Part shown: piece after piece, positions 12,767 to 26,060 of the stretch
Position numbering within the stretch: position 1 is the stretch's first letter
Layout: every line of letters starts with the position of its first letter
Source of the DNA: Prorocentrum cordatum
Taxonomy: Eukaryota
NCBI GenBank assembly: GCA_963575745.1
Contig: CAUYUJ010000197.1
Coordinates: 62,001-116,943 of the forward strand
Length of the DNA: 54,943 nucleotides
Direction: 5' to 3'
Program-made: the position numbers and the translations under genes
The notes under the pieces: model-generated
Databases searched by the model: none
Seen by the model: the letters and a program-made list of their open reading frames with translations, nothing else
What the model was told of the DNA's origin: nothing

Positions 12767-13885
12767 GTGTCAATTTTTATTTTTGTCCTGGAGCCGCGAA
12801 TCATTTTCGGGGCCTCCCCCCACACTCCAGCCACCAGGGGAGGTTATGGGCCCAAGTGCTCTACGCCTCTTCCAAGTGACTAATGGGAATCACGTGTGGT
12901 TCGCCCTCGGGCCGACGTGGGCCTCACGGGTCCGAATTGGACTAAATGGTCCCACAGGCTTGCCCAAGTTGTGTGTTGATCTCACCAGCAGCACTCGTCA
13001 AAGCTACGGCGCACTCGCACACAGATGCGAGTCTCGACAGCGTGTGACACTTGCTGCCCAGGTCTTGCTTGCTTGCTCCTCCTCCTCCTTGTCCTCCTCC
13101 TTCTCCTCCTCCTCCATCCTCTTGCCTTCTCCTCCTCCTCCTCCTCCTCCTCGTCCTCCTCCTCCTCCGCCTCCTCCTCCTCCTTCACCTCCCATGGAGG
13201 CCTCCATGCAGACGCCTCCAGAGGTCAGCGAGAGGTCTCCCCGTCCTGGCGGCCCCACAAGGCCCGCAGAGAGCCAGCGACACACACAACCTCGACCCTC
13301 GATCCTCCTCCTCCTCCTCCTCCTCCTCCTCCTCCTCCTCCTCCTCCTCCTCGACGCCTCGCCTCGCCGCGGAGGAGGAGGAGGAGCAAGAGGAGGAGAA
13401 GCAGGAAGAGGAGGCGGAGGAGGAGGAGAAGGAGGAGGCGGCGGCGGCGGCGGCGTTGGAGGAGGAGGGGGAGGCGGAGAAGGATGGGGAGGAGGAGGAG
13501 GAGGAGGAGGAGGAGGAGGCGGCGGATGATGATGAGGATGAGGAAGACGAGGATGAAGATGGCGGTGCACGCGCCCGAAGACGCACCGCCTCGCCGGGCC
13601 GGGCAGGCGTTCCTGCCAGGCCCGCGCCCGCGCCAGGGCTCAGGATTTTTTTTTTCCCCAGAAGAGGAGGGAGGGAGGCCAGAACACGCGCGTAGAGATG
13701 TTGAGTCGCTTGCGTTGGGCGGGGCGCGGCCGGCCAGGGGTGTGGAAAAGCAGGGGGAAAACATCGCTCTTCTCCTCCGCCTTCTCCTCCGCCTCCGCCT
13801 CCGCCTCCGCCTCCTCCTCCTCCTCCTCCTCCTCCTCCTCCTCCTCCTCCTCCTCCTCCCTGACCTCGGCCCTGTCCCGGGCCAG

Positions 13886-13975
13886 AACGTCAGCGCGGAG
13901 GGCGGCGGCTCCGTCTACAAGGTTTCGGCCGATGGCGCGATGCCCCCAAAGGTGGCGCTGCACGTCTGGGACGAG
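13886..13975 (+). CDS. Exon B of the kinase-like gene: NVSAEGGGSVYKVSADGAMPPKVALHVWDE
   Basis: Acceptor CCAG|AAC at 13885/6. Encodes a Gly-rich loop, YKV and VALH strands of a kinase-like N-lobe. The donor is uncertain (AG|GA after 13975 or GCG|GT after 13999). Confidence 0.62.
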
Positions 13976-14015
13976 GAGCTCGCCTGCGCCCCGACGGCGG
14001 TGACGTGACGTCGAT

Positions 14016-14074
<59 letters not shown>

Positions 14075-14283
14075 AGCGACCACGTGACGGCGACTACGAT
14101 GTGACGACGTCGAGAGCGCGACGACTCCGACGCGCCGACGACGACGGCGCGAGTTGACGCAACCACCACGGCAACGTGACGACGAAGACCACGTCATTCA
14201 AAACGACATGGTCGACGTGACGACGACGCAGCGCCGACGACGAGGATAGGATTTGAGTCGGGGATCGACTACATTACTGAGTT

Positions 14284-14393
14284 ACCCCAGAATCAATTTG
14301 TCAGTCGAACCGAAAATGGGAGACTGTCCCGTCGACCTACCAGCATGCTATGTATTTTGCTGGTAGTTCCGACGAGAAAATACATTCTGGGGT
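14284..14393. mobile_element. Small MITE-like inverted repeat
   Basis: ACCCCAGAAT..GTCG / CGAC..ATTCTGGGGT arms with an inner hairpin CTACCAGCA/TGCTGGTAG. Confidence 0.55.
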
Positions 14394-14403
14394 GCATCAA
14401 CTC

Positions 14404-14605
14404 TCGGCGGCGAGCCAGGGGGGGAAGTGAGAAGGGGCGGGCCTTCTCAGATGGCTCGGTAATCCCCCGGCCTTCTGGGAAGCTTTCTGAGCCTGCCCCC
14501 GAGACCCAGAGCACTTCCCTCAGAAGGCCGGCGGGCGTCTGAGCAGCCCCGCCGCTTTCAGAGAAGGCCTTCTCCTTCTCGTTTCCTCCACTCGCTCGCC
14601 GCCGA
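14404..14605. mobile_element. MITE with ~45-bp TIR (TCGGCGGCGAGC...GGCCTTCTC)
   Basis: The arms are reverse-complementary. Relatives at 46568-46960, ~5545-5702 and ~44780-45100. Confidence 0.75.
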
Positions 14606-14666
14606 AATCCTGCAGTCGATGGAGGAGGAGGAGTAGGAGGACGGGGAGGGGGAGGGGGATGAGGTA

Positions 14667-14830
14667 CAGTCAACAACCGTAATATGGACGCGCGACTTTG
14701 CTCAGGGTACCCTTGCGTCATTGCTCTTCCTGTCCTTGGGGTTTTCGTCGTCCGCCGCCCCAAAAATCCCAACTTCGCCTTCCAAGGGTCTTGCGTCCTT
14801 ACCTCGCGTCCTTATTAGGGTTTTTGATTG
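14667..14830. mobile_element. Tc1/mariner-type MITE, copy 1
   Basis: TA|CAGTCAACAACC...GGGTTTTTGATTG|TA; the body is nearly identical to 28352-28524. Confidence 0.85.
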
Positions 14831-15685
14831 TAAAGTCGGAGAGTGGGTATGGTACGGAGACTCACATCGAGCACCTTCGGCTACGACCTGAGCGCGTGGA
14901 CCCCGCGCGTGTGGCTCAAGCCTTACACTTGATCGTGATGCGCGTACCCGAGCACGTACCATGCAGGCCCATGGTGCGCTCGCACTCCCGGCGGATGCTC
15001 GCCTTGACGTGGCGAAGCTCGAGCACCCACGCGTGAGGATCAGCGTTCGTGCCGTGTGCTGGGTTGACGCTGGTCCCTCTCTTCTTCCCCCCTTTCCTCC
15101 TCCTGATCCTGGTCCTCTCCTTTTTTTGTCCTCCTGCCCGTCCCCCTCTTCCCCCTTTCCCCCGTGCTCTGCTTCCGTCACCCTCCTGCGCGCACCCTTC
15201 TCCGACTGTGCACAGCCTCCTCCCAAATAAGAATAAGAAAATAAGAAGTAAGAACAACGAAATATGAATAATAAGAATACTTATCATCATAACAAGATGA
15301 TAATAAACAGAAGAAGAACAAGAAAAATAATACTAATAATAATAAAACATCGACCGCCTCCTACCAACTCCCTCCCAAATCGGCCGCCCGACCTGCCCTG
15401 AAGCGGGTCCCGACCGGGATGCTGAGGCGAACCCAGCCGTGGCGACCAGGGCCCCCACGAGGCACCCTACGGAGGAGGAGGAGGAGGCGGCGGAGGAGGA
15501 GGAGGAGGAGCGTGAGGAGGGGAAGGAGGAGGAGGATGAGGAGGAGGATGAGGAGGAGGAGAAGGCGGAGGAGGGTGAGGCGGCGGAGGAGGAGGAGGAG
15601 GAGCGTGAGGAGGGAAAGGAGGAGGAGGAGGAGGAGGAGGAGGAGGAGGTGGGTGAAAAGGATACCGAAGCGATCGCGCAAGCAG

Positions 15686-15802
15686 GAGTCCGACGACATC
15701 CTCAAGGAGCGCACCACTGCCGCGGCGCTGGTATTCGCCTCCGCTGGTCTAGGGCCCAAGCGGCTGGCGCACGGCGGCGACTGGTTCGTGGAGCCCTGGG
15801 AG
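15686..15802 (+). CDS. Exon C of the kinase-like gene: ESDDILKERTTAAALVFASAGLGPKRLAHGGDWFVEPWE
   Basis: CAG|GAG acceptor and GAG|GC donor, 117 nt. GLGPKRL...WFVE.W matches the GLGP(K/R)L....G..E(F/W) motif of choline/ethanolamine kinases. It is an island of complex coding sequence between (GAG)n and (GAT)n tracts. Confidence 0.72.
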
Positions 15803-15850
15803 GCCCCAGCGATAGCGATGATGATGAGCTGGATGAGGAAGAGAAGAAAG

Positions 15851-16356
<506 letters not shown>

Positions 16357-17112
16357 GGAGGAGGAGGAGGAGGAGGAGGAGGTGAACGCTGCGAGCATCA
16401 TGCTTAGAGTCTGGCCATCGTCAACAAGCAGGAGGAGGAGGAGGAGGAGGAGGAGGAGGAGGAGGAGGAGGTTCACCGCCCATAGAGGGAGAGTCAAGGG
16501 AGAGAGAGGAACATTGGGGTGGGGGGGCCCAGCCGACAGGGCCCCCCACCCCTCAGAAACTTACCCTTCAGCCTCTGGGTCCGCGGCATCCGCCTCCCTG
16601 CACCTGTCGACCGAGCTCTTCCTCTTCTGCTCTGGAGCTGGAGCCAACATCGAGCAGCATGGAATCGATGCCTAGGCGCGGAGCCACGGCTTGCTTCGAA
16701 AAAGGGACGACCCTCGGCGCTCTTGGAGCCGCAGCCGCCCCGACAGGGGCCTCCCCGAAGTGCCTGGAGAAACGGCCCCTTGTCGCACCCGTCGGGGCCT
16801 CCGAAGGCCCGGACGCCACAAGAGGGTGAACAACAGGGTGAACGCTTTCTTTCAGCCTTTTCCTGGCAGTGTACGCTGTCTTCTTGGGCCGCTTGCAAGT
16901 CCCAGTGGGACCTCGCTGCGTCGGGGTGGTCGCATACTGCCAGCAGGACGGGCAATCGATTATCGGCGAGTCGTTCGGCACAGAGCTCTGAACCACACAG
17001 GGGCCGTTCACCCGCCATGGCTCCTTTGTCCTGGAGCCAGTCGGGGTCCCCGGAGCCGGGCCCTGGGGGAGCCCCAGCAGGAGCACCAGCAGGAGGCTCA
17101 GGAGGAGGGAAG

Positions 17113-17275
17113 ACCTCAGGAGGGGACAAACGCACAGACACAATTAATCGTCGATCCCCCAGAAAATATGGGAAAACATGGGAAGTGGGGGCAAGACAAC
17201 AACCCAGAAAATATAGGAAAATATGGGGAATCATCTTATTTGTGTGTATTCATTTGTGTGTTCTGGGGCCCCTTC
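17113..17275. repeat. Short dispersed repeat (GAAAATATGGGAAAA core) inserted in LINE-A; second copy at ~24945-25107 in LINE-B
   Basis: Two colinear ~165-bp copies, each interrupting a LINE just 3' of RNase H. Confidence 0.8.
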
Positions 17276-20200
17276 AAAACCGAATCACTGGACTCCGCCT
17301 CAGGAACATCAGGAGCATCTTCACCGTGGTAGCTAAACAACCACACGTCGATTCTCTTGAGATGTTCAACCCAACATTGTCCCGAAGCTCAGCCTTGGCC
17401 ATCAAGGCCGACAGCTGGGCAGGCAACTTGGCCGCTAACTTCGCAGTCAACTGGCATCCCTCGACCAGCTCGACATCGGCGATGGCAGATCGAGCCAACG
17501 CCGCCCATTTTTGTTGGCAAAACTGTCGGCAGTATTGTTGCCGTCTCGGTCGAGCGCGGAAATCAGATCGCGCTCAACGCTCACGGCCGACGTGTGGGCC
17601 TTGACATGCTCGAAGGGCCGGGCACAGCGCGCGTGCACCTGCCTCCACAGGCGGGCCCGCGGGCTGCACGAGGAAGTTGACTTGGCAGGAGACTGGCAGC
17701 ATCTTAGTGGGCCCTTACAATCAGCCCGCACAGAGCACGTGTTCATAATCTCCGGAAAGCACATCAGCATAGCAAAATCTTCGGCGTCTCGGGCCGAGCC
17801 CGAGATCCCGAAATTTGGTGGCGCAGCAGCGCCGCTCGCTGTCGCGCAGCACCACGCTCCAACCCGCAACGCGCAGGGTCGGGCGGTGCTGGTCCAGCCC
17901 TCAGCCGTCAGCGAACACATAGCCTCCATCGAGGAGGAAGGGCAACTGGAGAGATCCGTGGACCCACGAGCTCCAACTCGGATCCAAAGGAGTCCTCGAG
18001 ACGCACAGACCAGGCTCAGGAAACAAACCTCTCGCGAACCCTTCCTTCCAAGCTTGGGGGCGATCTGTAATTCTGGCAACAGACCTAAAGAGCTCAGCGG
18101 GCATGCATTCACGTCTGAACTGCTCGTGGGCGGGGCTCTAGTTTCCTAACGCAACTGGCAAACCTCTGGGAGGGTCGGCTCATGATCGTGAAGCCTCCCT
18201 TGCGCCTAGTGGCACCCCGAGGCCCGACCCCGGAGCGAGTTTTGCTCACGGCGGCACCGGGTGACCGCCCAGTCAGAAAGCACGGGCTCCGGGAGCGGCC
18301 TCCAGCACACATCTGATGCCCGAGCAGCGTCCTGAAGTGTGAGGGCCCTGGCGTCCGAGGCCCGGCGGGCCGCGAGCGAGATCTGAGCAGCGACGCAAGC
18401 CTTGGCATCGCTCGGACGTGTGCATTGTTTCTCGGCGAGAACCATCGAGGACGATCCTGGACCATCGAGCAAAAAAACACGCATGAAAAACCGAAGAATG
18501 CACGGGAACTGGACGTCCGAGCGATGGCGAGAAGCGTGCGAATGACAAACGAAGGTCCCAATCCACCACCCGATCATCCACCGCCGTTACCGCATCCCTA
18601 ATGCGCCAGCCTACCCGCTGGGCCGTGATAGCCACCGCCCCCACAGGGTCTCTGCAGGACACCCATGGCATTTCCGCGGCAGCAAGAACTCGTTGGCAGA
18701 AGTGACTAGAGCATCCGGGACAGCCCTCGAAAGCTGGCCCTCGCATGCAACTTCACAAGGTTGGCGCACCGAGTCGGCCGTTGTTAAGATCAGAGGGTCT
18801 CGCCCCAAACCTCGACGCCCGCTGCCCAGGTACACCCCCGCCGAAGACCCCCGAGGGGCTCTGCCCTGCGCGCGAGCGCCAGCGCCCTGAGGCCGCGGAG
18901 CCTGATGCCACCTAGGCCATGGACGCACGCGCCCCGCATAGCAACCGCAGTGTGACCTGACCGATGCATGCGAAAGGTCGCGGCACCTGCTCCCGGAGGG
19001 GTGCGCAGTGTGATCGCGCGCCCCTTGGCAGATACATACCTGCCGGGGTGAGCCGAAAACCCCCGAAACCGCCCGTCAGACGCATTCCCCCCCCCCCCCA
19101 GGCCTATGCGCGCCGCTCCCCTGCTGTCGGCCAGCTCGGGGGGGGCAGCTCTGCTGCCGGGAGCTTGGCGAGCGGGCTAATTAGAGTTGGCCGGCGCGCC
19201 TGCCGTGTGCCGCGAGATCGGGAGGCCCTTGGCCTGCGCCTCTGCAGCCGCGGCACTGAAGGCCAAGCCCACTTGCCTCGACACCGTCGCCTCCCCGCCG
19301 ACGGCGCGGAAGGACGCGTCGTCCATGCCATTCTTATTTGATCATGACGATCAGGGCTTCGAGGTGGGCCTTCCTTGAGAACCGCCAGCAAGAGGACCCT
19401 GGCCGAGGTCGTCTCGCAGGAGCAGCCTGCCACCGCTGTGCCGTTGGATTCCAGAGGTTTGCCCGCGACCCCCTGGAAAACCGCTCGTCGCTCCGTCCTA
19501 CCAAGGCAGGATTGGCCTCGCAAGAGGCTCTCTGGAAAGCCCGCATGGACCGCCGCGGGCCTGAGTTCTGAATGGGGAATGTTCTCGCAGAACTTCTTCA
19601 AACCCCAGAAAGCTGAGCGGGGCGCCAGATGCCTGAGCCCTGCATGCGCGGAAAGAGCGCCGTGGAGCCACGTGCTCGAATCGCACGAGGTAGCCCTGGA
19701 CTGGCCCCAAAGCAGGTCCGAGGCATCCTCCCTCTCCCGAGCGCTGCAGGCCCTCTGCCGGACTTTCGACAACGCACGGGCAAGGAGCGGGAGCAATCCG
19801 ATCGCTCTTGCGCCCCCCGTTGGCTCATCGAGGACCACGATCAAAGTCACCCAGAGCGCCGAGACTCTGGGATCGCGCTCCCACGCATTGAGGACATCTG
19901 CGAATCTCTGCACCACCTCGGGGGGCATCTGGAGCAGCGGCCGCGGTTGGAAACCATCCCAACCCCAGGCCGTGCCCTTGGCAAAGCACTTGCACGCCGA
20001 GCGGATGTCATCTGCTGAAATCAGCTGCAAGCAACCCGAAGCCTGCCAAAAACGTGGGTGCTCCTCATGGGTCCTCGATTCCCGGTTCCAAGTCGGAACC
20101 CACTCCTCGAGGAGCTTCTCCAGAGCCGCGTGGCCCGCCAAGGGGGTGAGGGGGTGCCCCCCTCCTCGAAAGGTTCCATGATGGGCTCTGGGGCGGGCTC

Positions 20201-23200
20201 GGGGCCTTTGCTGAAACGATGGGCTATACGGCCTCCCTTCAACGCAGACGACCGAGCAAAATCCTGCCACGCTTGTCGCGACTTTGCCGCATCACTTGCA
20301 AGCCTGGCCCCGACCTCCTTGTATATTTCGGCCAGGTGACCTAGGCGCTTGTCTGGGTCATGGAGACCTTACAGCACGGAGCGGCCTGAGTGGGCCCTCA
20401 GCGTCTCCGATTCAGGGGCTGACCAGATCGAGCACTTCCCGGAGCCTCCATGAAGCCACACCCGCCCGACCCCCCTTCTTCTCTGTCAGCCCCAACAGCT
20501 GCGTCACAGTGCGCCGCAACTGTAGCCATTCGGCCGTGCCAGCCGTCGAGCGTCGCGTGAGCCCTCTGCCCCGCGCAGCTCGGAGCGGCGCCATTTGAAA
20601 CTGACAGCCCTCTGCCCTGCCCGAATGCGTGGCCGCCTCCCCTGGCGGGATCTGATTTGAGCCGAAAAGGTACAACTCTGCCGCTTTCAGCCAATCCTGG
20701 GCCGCCTCGAGAGGCCTCGGGGGAAGGGGCCCAGCATCCCAAGACCAAGCGCAAGCCAGTGAGGTCGGGCCCTGGGGCTTCGACCCCATCTGGGTCGGTG
20801 GGCGGGTCGGGCGGGAAGCCGCGGGGCACGACGCACTGCCAACCTTTAGCTGGGCCCACTGGGCCTCGTAGCCCCACGGATACCCCGACACGCGGACCTC
20901 GGGGCGCGTCTGTGAGAGCTTGGACCTTTGTCGCGCACGGGAGAAGGCACTGCGACATCATAAATGTAGTCGAGGACGCTGCTATTGGAAGTGTCATCCT
21001 CAGGCGCGACAGCTTGCAGATGCAAAAAGCCCGGCCAATCAGACGCCGCCAGTTCGTCCACGGGAATGTTCCAGTCGCCGCCGACGATCACAGGCCATTC
21101 CACAGACACAACGAACTCGCTTGGAATGGACAGGAGGTCTTGGGTCTTTAGGCCCAGCCCTTCGTTGGTCACCAGGTACTCCTAGACAAACACAATCAAC
21201 GCCGGTCGTGACCGAGACCAGCTGTGCCACCAGCCTGTGTCACACCCTCTTGGGGAACGCGAGCGCGAGATGTTTCGCCCCCGCCGAAGTGCGGGGCAGC
21301 ACAGCAACCTCGCCCGAATGCTCCAACGCTCCATCTCCAATGGCTGTCGCAGCACCTGTATGCATCGTGAAACCTGCCTTGCCCGCACACGAAATAGGAG
21401 ACGCCGCGCTGCCGTGCAACAAGCGCGTCTCCTGCCGAAAGTAGTGGTGAACCTCCTGGCCCTTGTCGTGGTGCATCCTTTCCTAGAAAGCCTGTCCCGT
21501 AGTCCAGGAATTTCAATTGTAAGTCACTAGCTGAAGTGTGCCGTCCAGCTTTGTCTGAGTACGATGCGCGTTGTCTGCGGCAGCGCCTTGATGCTTGCCG
21601 TCAACATAGTCTGGACGCGCAGTCGGCATGTCAAGAGGGTGTGTTTGCCCGGGGGGGGGCGCGGCCTTCGGGTGCTCGCCGAGCTCCTCCCCTACCGCCC
21701 CCCCGTGGCAGACGGATCCCGCCCGTGCTGCCATGCAGGCAGCGGCGCGATTCCCGCTCCTCGTTCCGACCGCAGCCCCCGAACGGGGGCCCGCGGCACT
21801 GCCGACAGCGGCGCCGACAGCAGCCCCCGAGCGGGGGCCCGCGGCACTCGGAGGGCCCACGGGCCTCGCGACTGCCATTTCCTCCACACCACTTCCCCTT
21901 GAGCCTCGAAGTCCCGACTGGGGTGCGGTATCAGGGATGCCCGAGGTGTGCCGCACACGCGCGCGCACACGCGCGCACTCGGACTGTCGACGCACAGAAC
22001 ACCACCGGAGGCCGATGAGTGGGCCCTGCAGCGAGTCCGAATGAGCACCTCTGGGTCCATCATGTGGCTGGGCCCCTCCTGGGCTCAGCGGCACGGCGGC
22101 GGCGGGTCCCCAGGATGCTGGAGCCTCCGCGGCGGCGGAGCTCGCGCTGGTCTCTGGAGGAGCCCGTGGCCCCCTGTGTCGAACATGTGGCTGGGCCCCC
22201 CCCCCAGGCACCAGAGGCGCGGCGGCGGCGGGCCACCAGGATGCTGGAGCCTCTGCGGCGGCGGCGTCGCTGCTGGCGCCTAGGGAGGGCCTTTGCCCCA
22301 GCGCCAGATCCCGCGGCCGAAATCGATCCCCCCGTAGCCCCCGGAGCTGCAAGCGACGCCGAAGACGTCTCACATGTGGGCATTGGGGCCCGACTGGCGA
22401 GCGGGCGCCCAGGTCTGTCCAGCGCGCCCACTCCATCAAGGGACTGGGCCTCCTGAGGCCGAGGCGCCATCGGGGGCCCCTGCCTGTTCCAACTTGAATT
22501 TGTCATCGCGGGCACGAGCACGCACATGAGTAGCAGTACTGGGCGTGGAGTCATCGATCTCCACCACCTCGGGCTCGGTTGGGGCTGCGGCCGCTGCCGC
22601 TGAGCCGCCTGCTTCGCCGCCGCCTGCCCCCCGAGCAGATCCATCAGCTGCCCCGCGCTTCTTCTTGGTAAGCCTTGCGCACTGCTGCGCATGCTCGGCT
22701 TTGCGTTTGTCGAACTGGTCCTTGGCTTGGAAAAGGGACTTCGCATTCTCGCGAATGAGTTCCTCCAACTTCTGCTTCCGCTGCTGGAGTTCATTCTTAT
22801 CTCCTGCCGACAAATCATATTCCTCATCGGCCACTTCGAACAGATCTCAGCAATCGATGGTGAAGGTGCCGCCCAAGAGAATGTCCAGCCGCGTGCCCGC
22901 CGCTGGAGGAGGAACATGAGAACTTTGACGTCTGACCTCGTCTGAATGCTTGCGCGTGAGGCCCGCGATCCTGGAGTCGAAATCATCGAGTTCCACTGAG
23001 CTCTTGGATCTTATCCCGCTGCTGTGCCATACTCTGTTCCCACTTGTCGACCAAATCCAGCTCTTTTCCGTTCTCCTGATGTGACCATCTCTCTCGTCGG
23101 CCAACAGAGACACCTGCTTCTCGGGCGGCAACAGCACAGGGCCCGCAGCCTGGCGATCCACCTCCAACAGGCGGAGCTTGCACTTGTTGGCGAGCATGGT

Positions 23201-23789
23201 GAGGCCTTGCTTGCTGGCCAGCGCCCAGAGCTGCTGGACCTCCCCTCTCTGCATCTCGTGGACATCGGGTGCCATGGGGTCAGCGCCTCTGGCGAACTGG
23301 GGCCCAGCGCGCAGAGGTGGGCGAGTGTCGCCTGCCTGCCCCCTGCCGTCTCGCCTCTGCCCTTGCCGCTGCCTTTGCCACCTGGTGGATCGCCGCCCGC
23401 GCCGCGCCCACGGCCATTGCGCAAGCGCCCTGGCTTGCCTGGCGGCCTCTGCCTCTGCCGCGGCCGGCTGCTGCTCAGGCCATGGTTCCCTGGAGTCGAG
23501 AGACGCTCCGCACTGGGAGCAGTTGTTCGCCGGCCTCTTGTTTGATTCCCACAGCCACAAGACCAACACTTGAGCAATTCTGGCTCAGCGGCTGCGAGCT
23601 TCCACTCATCAGCAGCAGGGCGCGAATAAACCCAAGGCGCATGCTGTTTGGTCATGCGAGGCTGAACGCCTCAGGACTGTAATAGTTAGAGTGTGTGAAA
23701 AAAAGAAGAGTCTCCAGCCTTGGCAGGCTGGGAGGGAGACTCTGAGCTGTCGGGGGCCGCACCTCCCCCACGCCAAACAAAAACAAGTT

Positions 23790-23809
23790 CTGAGCGAAAC
23801 CGCTACGGA
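23790..23809 (-). other. Second, degenerate SL relic in tandem (TCCGTAGCGGTTTCGCTCAG)
   Basis: Directly abuts the perfect SL. The first 8 nt are identical and the TTT and GCTCA blocks are retained. Confidence 0.8.
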
Positions 23810-23831
23810 CTTGAGCCAAAATGGCTACGGA
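23810..23831 (-). other. Perfect 22-nt dinoflagellate spliced leader (TCCGTAGCCATTTTGGCTCAAG)
   Basis: The + strand reads cttgagccaaaatggctacgga, a 22/22 match to DCCGTAGCCATTTTGGCTCAAG. It is not followed by a GT donor, so it is not an SL RNA gene. Confidence 0.98.
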
Positions 23832-24094
23832 GGGCAGGAGGAGGAGGAGGAGGAGGAAGGGTTAGGAGGATGAGGAGGAGGAGGAGGAGGAGGAGGAGGA
23901 GGAGGAAGAGGGGTTAGGAGGAGGCCCCCCCGTCGGTTCCCGGGGGAGGTGCTACCGGCGGCGCGGGCCAGAAGAGGAGGAGGAGGAGGAGGAGGAGGAG
24001 GAGGAGGAGGAGGAGGAGGAGGAGGAGGGGGAGGAGGAGGAGGGGGAGGAGGAGGAGGGGGAGGAGGAGGAGGAGGAGGAGGAGGAGAAGGATC

Positions 24095-25334
24095 TTTTTC
24101 ACCAGATGTTGGGTGTGTTGCAGGCCTCCTTCAGCTCCTGGTGCCTCCACCTCGCCAGGGAAGCCCGTGCACATCATGTTGAATGTCCTTGTCTGGGGCT
24201 GCGAGGTCTTGTCTCGGTCCTGTGGGTCCGCGATCCTGTAGGCTCACGACCAGAAGGCGAGGCCCTGCAGGCTGGTGGGCGGGTGCACTTTGGCTGTGAC
24301 GACCGGCTTAGGCCGGACGGGAGTCGGGGGGATTGCACGGATGACGCGCGCCTCCGCCGCCGCTGCTGGAGCTGCGCGATCGTCCGAGGGAACGTGGCCA
24401 GAGGCAGAGCGCACGGCACCCTCCCAGGACGGATCCAGACCGTCCCGTCAGCTGAGCTTGCAGGCAGAAGTGTGGCTGTGAGCGTACACAGTGATGACTG
24501 CCACGTCGTGCTGGATTTTCAGGCCGCGATCGATGGAATTCGCCGCGGGCTCCACTCGAAGCATGAAACCAACTCAGCGGCCTGGCTTAATTTCGGAGAG
24601 GCTCATTGCAGCCATCCAGGGGAGCGCCACTTTAGAAAGGTATGGCCTCACCTCGAAAAAGTGGATGTCGGGGTCCATGTTACCCGGGAGGGGATTTCCG
24701 CAAATCAGGTGGCAGATGAGTGCGCAGGGGATGGAGCCCTTTGTTCGCTCCCCCAGCACATCATCCAGCAGGTGTGTGATACTGACAACCGTGTCGCTCG
24801 AGTGCAGAAGCGCCTCGCAGAGGGTGCTAGGGGGAGGGGTGGAGAGGCTCCCTAGAAGCGCCCTGCTTCTTAGAAGGCGCGGGCCGTGTCTGTAGATGTA
24901 AGGCCGGCGCCTTCTTCGAAGCAACCTCCTTCTAAGAGGCCTTCCCTCAGGAGGGAAAAAACACACAGACACATTCGATCGTCGATTCCTCCGAAAATAT
25001 GGGAAAATATGGGAAGTGGCGGGGAGGGCAACAACCCAGAAAATATGGGAAAATATGGGGAATCCTGTTATCTGTGTGTATTTACTTGTGTGTCCCAGGG
25101 CCCCTTCCTCCCCCCTCCCCCGTGCCCCCTGGCACGCGCCGCCAGCACGCGGAGAGAGTGCACGCACGTCGGCCGAGAAGGGCACGGAGGGCGGGAGCGT
25201 CCGAGCGGCGGCGAGCGATGGCGAGCCCTGGCCCCTTCGGTGCGGGTCCTCGTGTCGTGCGAGCCGCTCGCTCCGGCCGCCCTTCCTGCGACATTCACGA
25301 CGACGTTCACGTCGACGACGACGTTCACGTCGAC

Positions 25335-25429
<95 letters not shown>

Positions 25430-26060
25430 GCCTGGGAACGAGAAATGGCATAAACATAAAAACTCTGAGGTCCGCGCGGATGTCTCGGATCCGCGCTGAA
25501 GCCCCTCCCTGGCGCGCGGAGCGCGCCAGGGGCGGCGCCGGAAGCGCCGCCAGGGGACCCCAGTGCCGATCCGAGAAATCCGCGCGGACCTCCGAGTCAT
25601 TATGTTTATGTCATTCTTCGTTCCCCTACTCGTGCACGGTGGCAGAATTCGCTCCAAAGGCATCCCCGTTCAGGCGTCCCATCGCCAGCGCAGACGTCCC
25701 TTGCCCAGCCGCCGACGCAAAAAGTGCCATGCGGGCCCGCTCCCAGGATCACCTCTGGCTGGTTCCCAAGACCGTAAAGAGGGGCTGCCGTGACTTGTTC
25801 TGCAGCCGTTGCGGTTCCTGCTCTCAGGGGAGGGTCGCCTCCCTCCAGCTGCAGCAGGACTGCCATCGCGTCACGCCCAAGCAAATCAGCCTGCTCAGGC
25901 GTGTGTTTTCTCCCATGCCGAAGGACATCAGGCTTTGCTCCCCATGGCCGATTCGGGCCAGCGAGGACTGGTGGGGCTTCTTCTGGCTGTCTTAGATATT
26001 CCTTAGTCTTACAAGTCGCTCTGTTTGAATGGTTTTTGAGGTTTAGCGCCGAGGCAAAAA
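24095..26060 (+). mobile_element. LINE-B: 5'-truncated non-LTR retrotransposon 3' end (RNase H plus C-terminal Cys motif)
   Basis: ORF 24106-24855 has RNase H motifs (GTLPGRIQTVPSAEL, VVLDFQAAIDG, KVWPH, NQVADECA). CSRCG...DC occurs at ~25800, and a short A tail at 26056-26060 precedes (GAG)n. Interrupted by small insertions at ~24945-25625. Confidence 0.8.
25434..25625. mobile_element. MITE with ~58-bp TIR
   Basis: GGGAACGAGAAATGGCATAAACATAAAAACTCTGAGGTCCGCGCGGATGTCTCGGATC is matched by its reverse complement at the right end. Confidence 0.85.

Larger units (their letters stand above)
16470..23831 (-). mobile_element. LINE-A: near full-length decayed non-LTR retrotransposon with SL head, ORF1, APE endonuclease, RT and RNase H
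   Basis: Minus-strand order: DinoSL; ORF1 with a frameshifted RanBP2-like finger (CWSCGCGN / NCSQCG, ~23500-23570) and coiled coil (~22440-22830); endonuclease motifs VTYN, QETRL, VIVGGDWN, SVLDY (~20950-21530); RT (TAWGWDGF, PTGGARAIGLL, LKKFCENI, GTAVAGCS, MDD; ~19310-20050); RNase H (VFADG, AEDFA, ADCKG, HVKAH, GNNTADSFA; ~17500-17940). Many frameshifts and stops; both ends abut (GAG)n; the 3' end is approximate. Confidence 0.9.

Noticed and set aside
23569..23586. SL-like GAGCCAGAATTGCTCAAG on the minus strand
   Set aside because: About 13/18 match and inside the ORF1 reading frame; compatible with chance.
23810..23831. Spliced-leader RNA gene
   Set aside because: No GT donor or SL intron follows any SL copy; they read as retroposed leaders.
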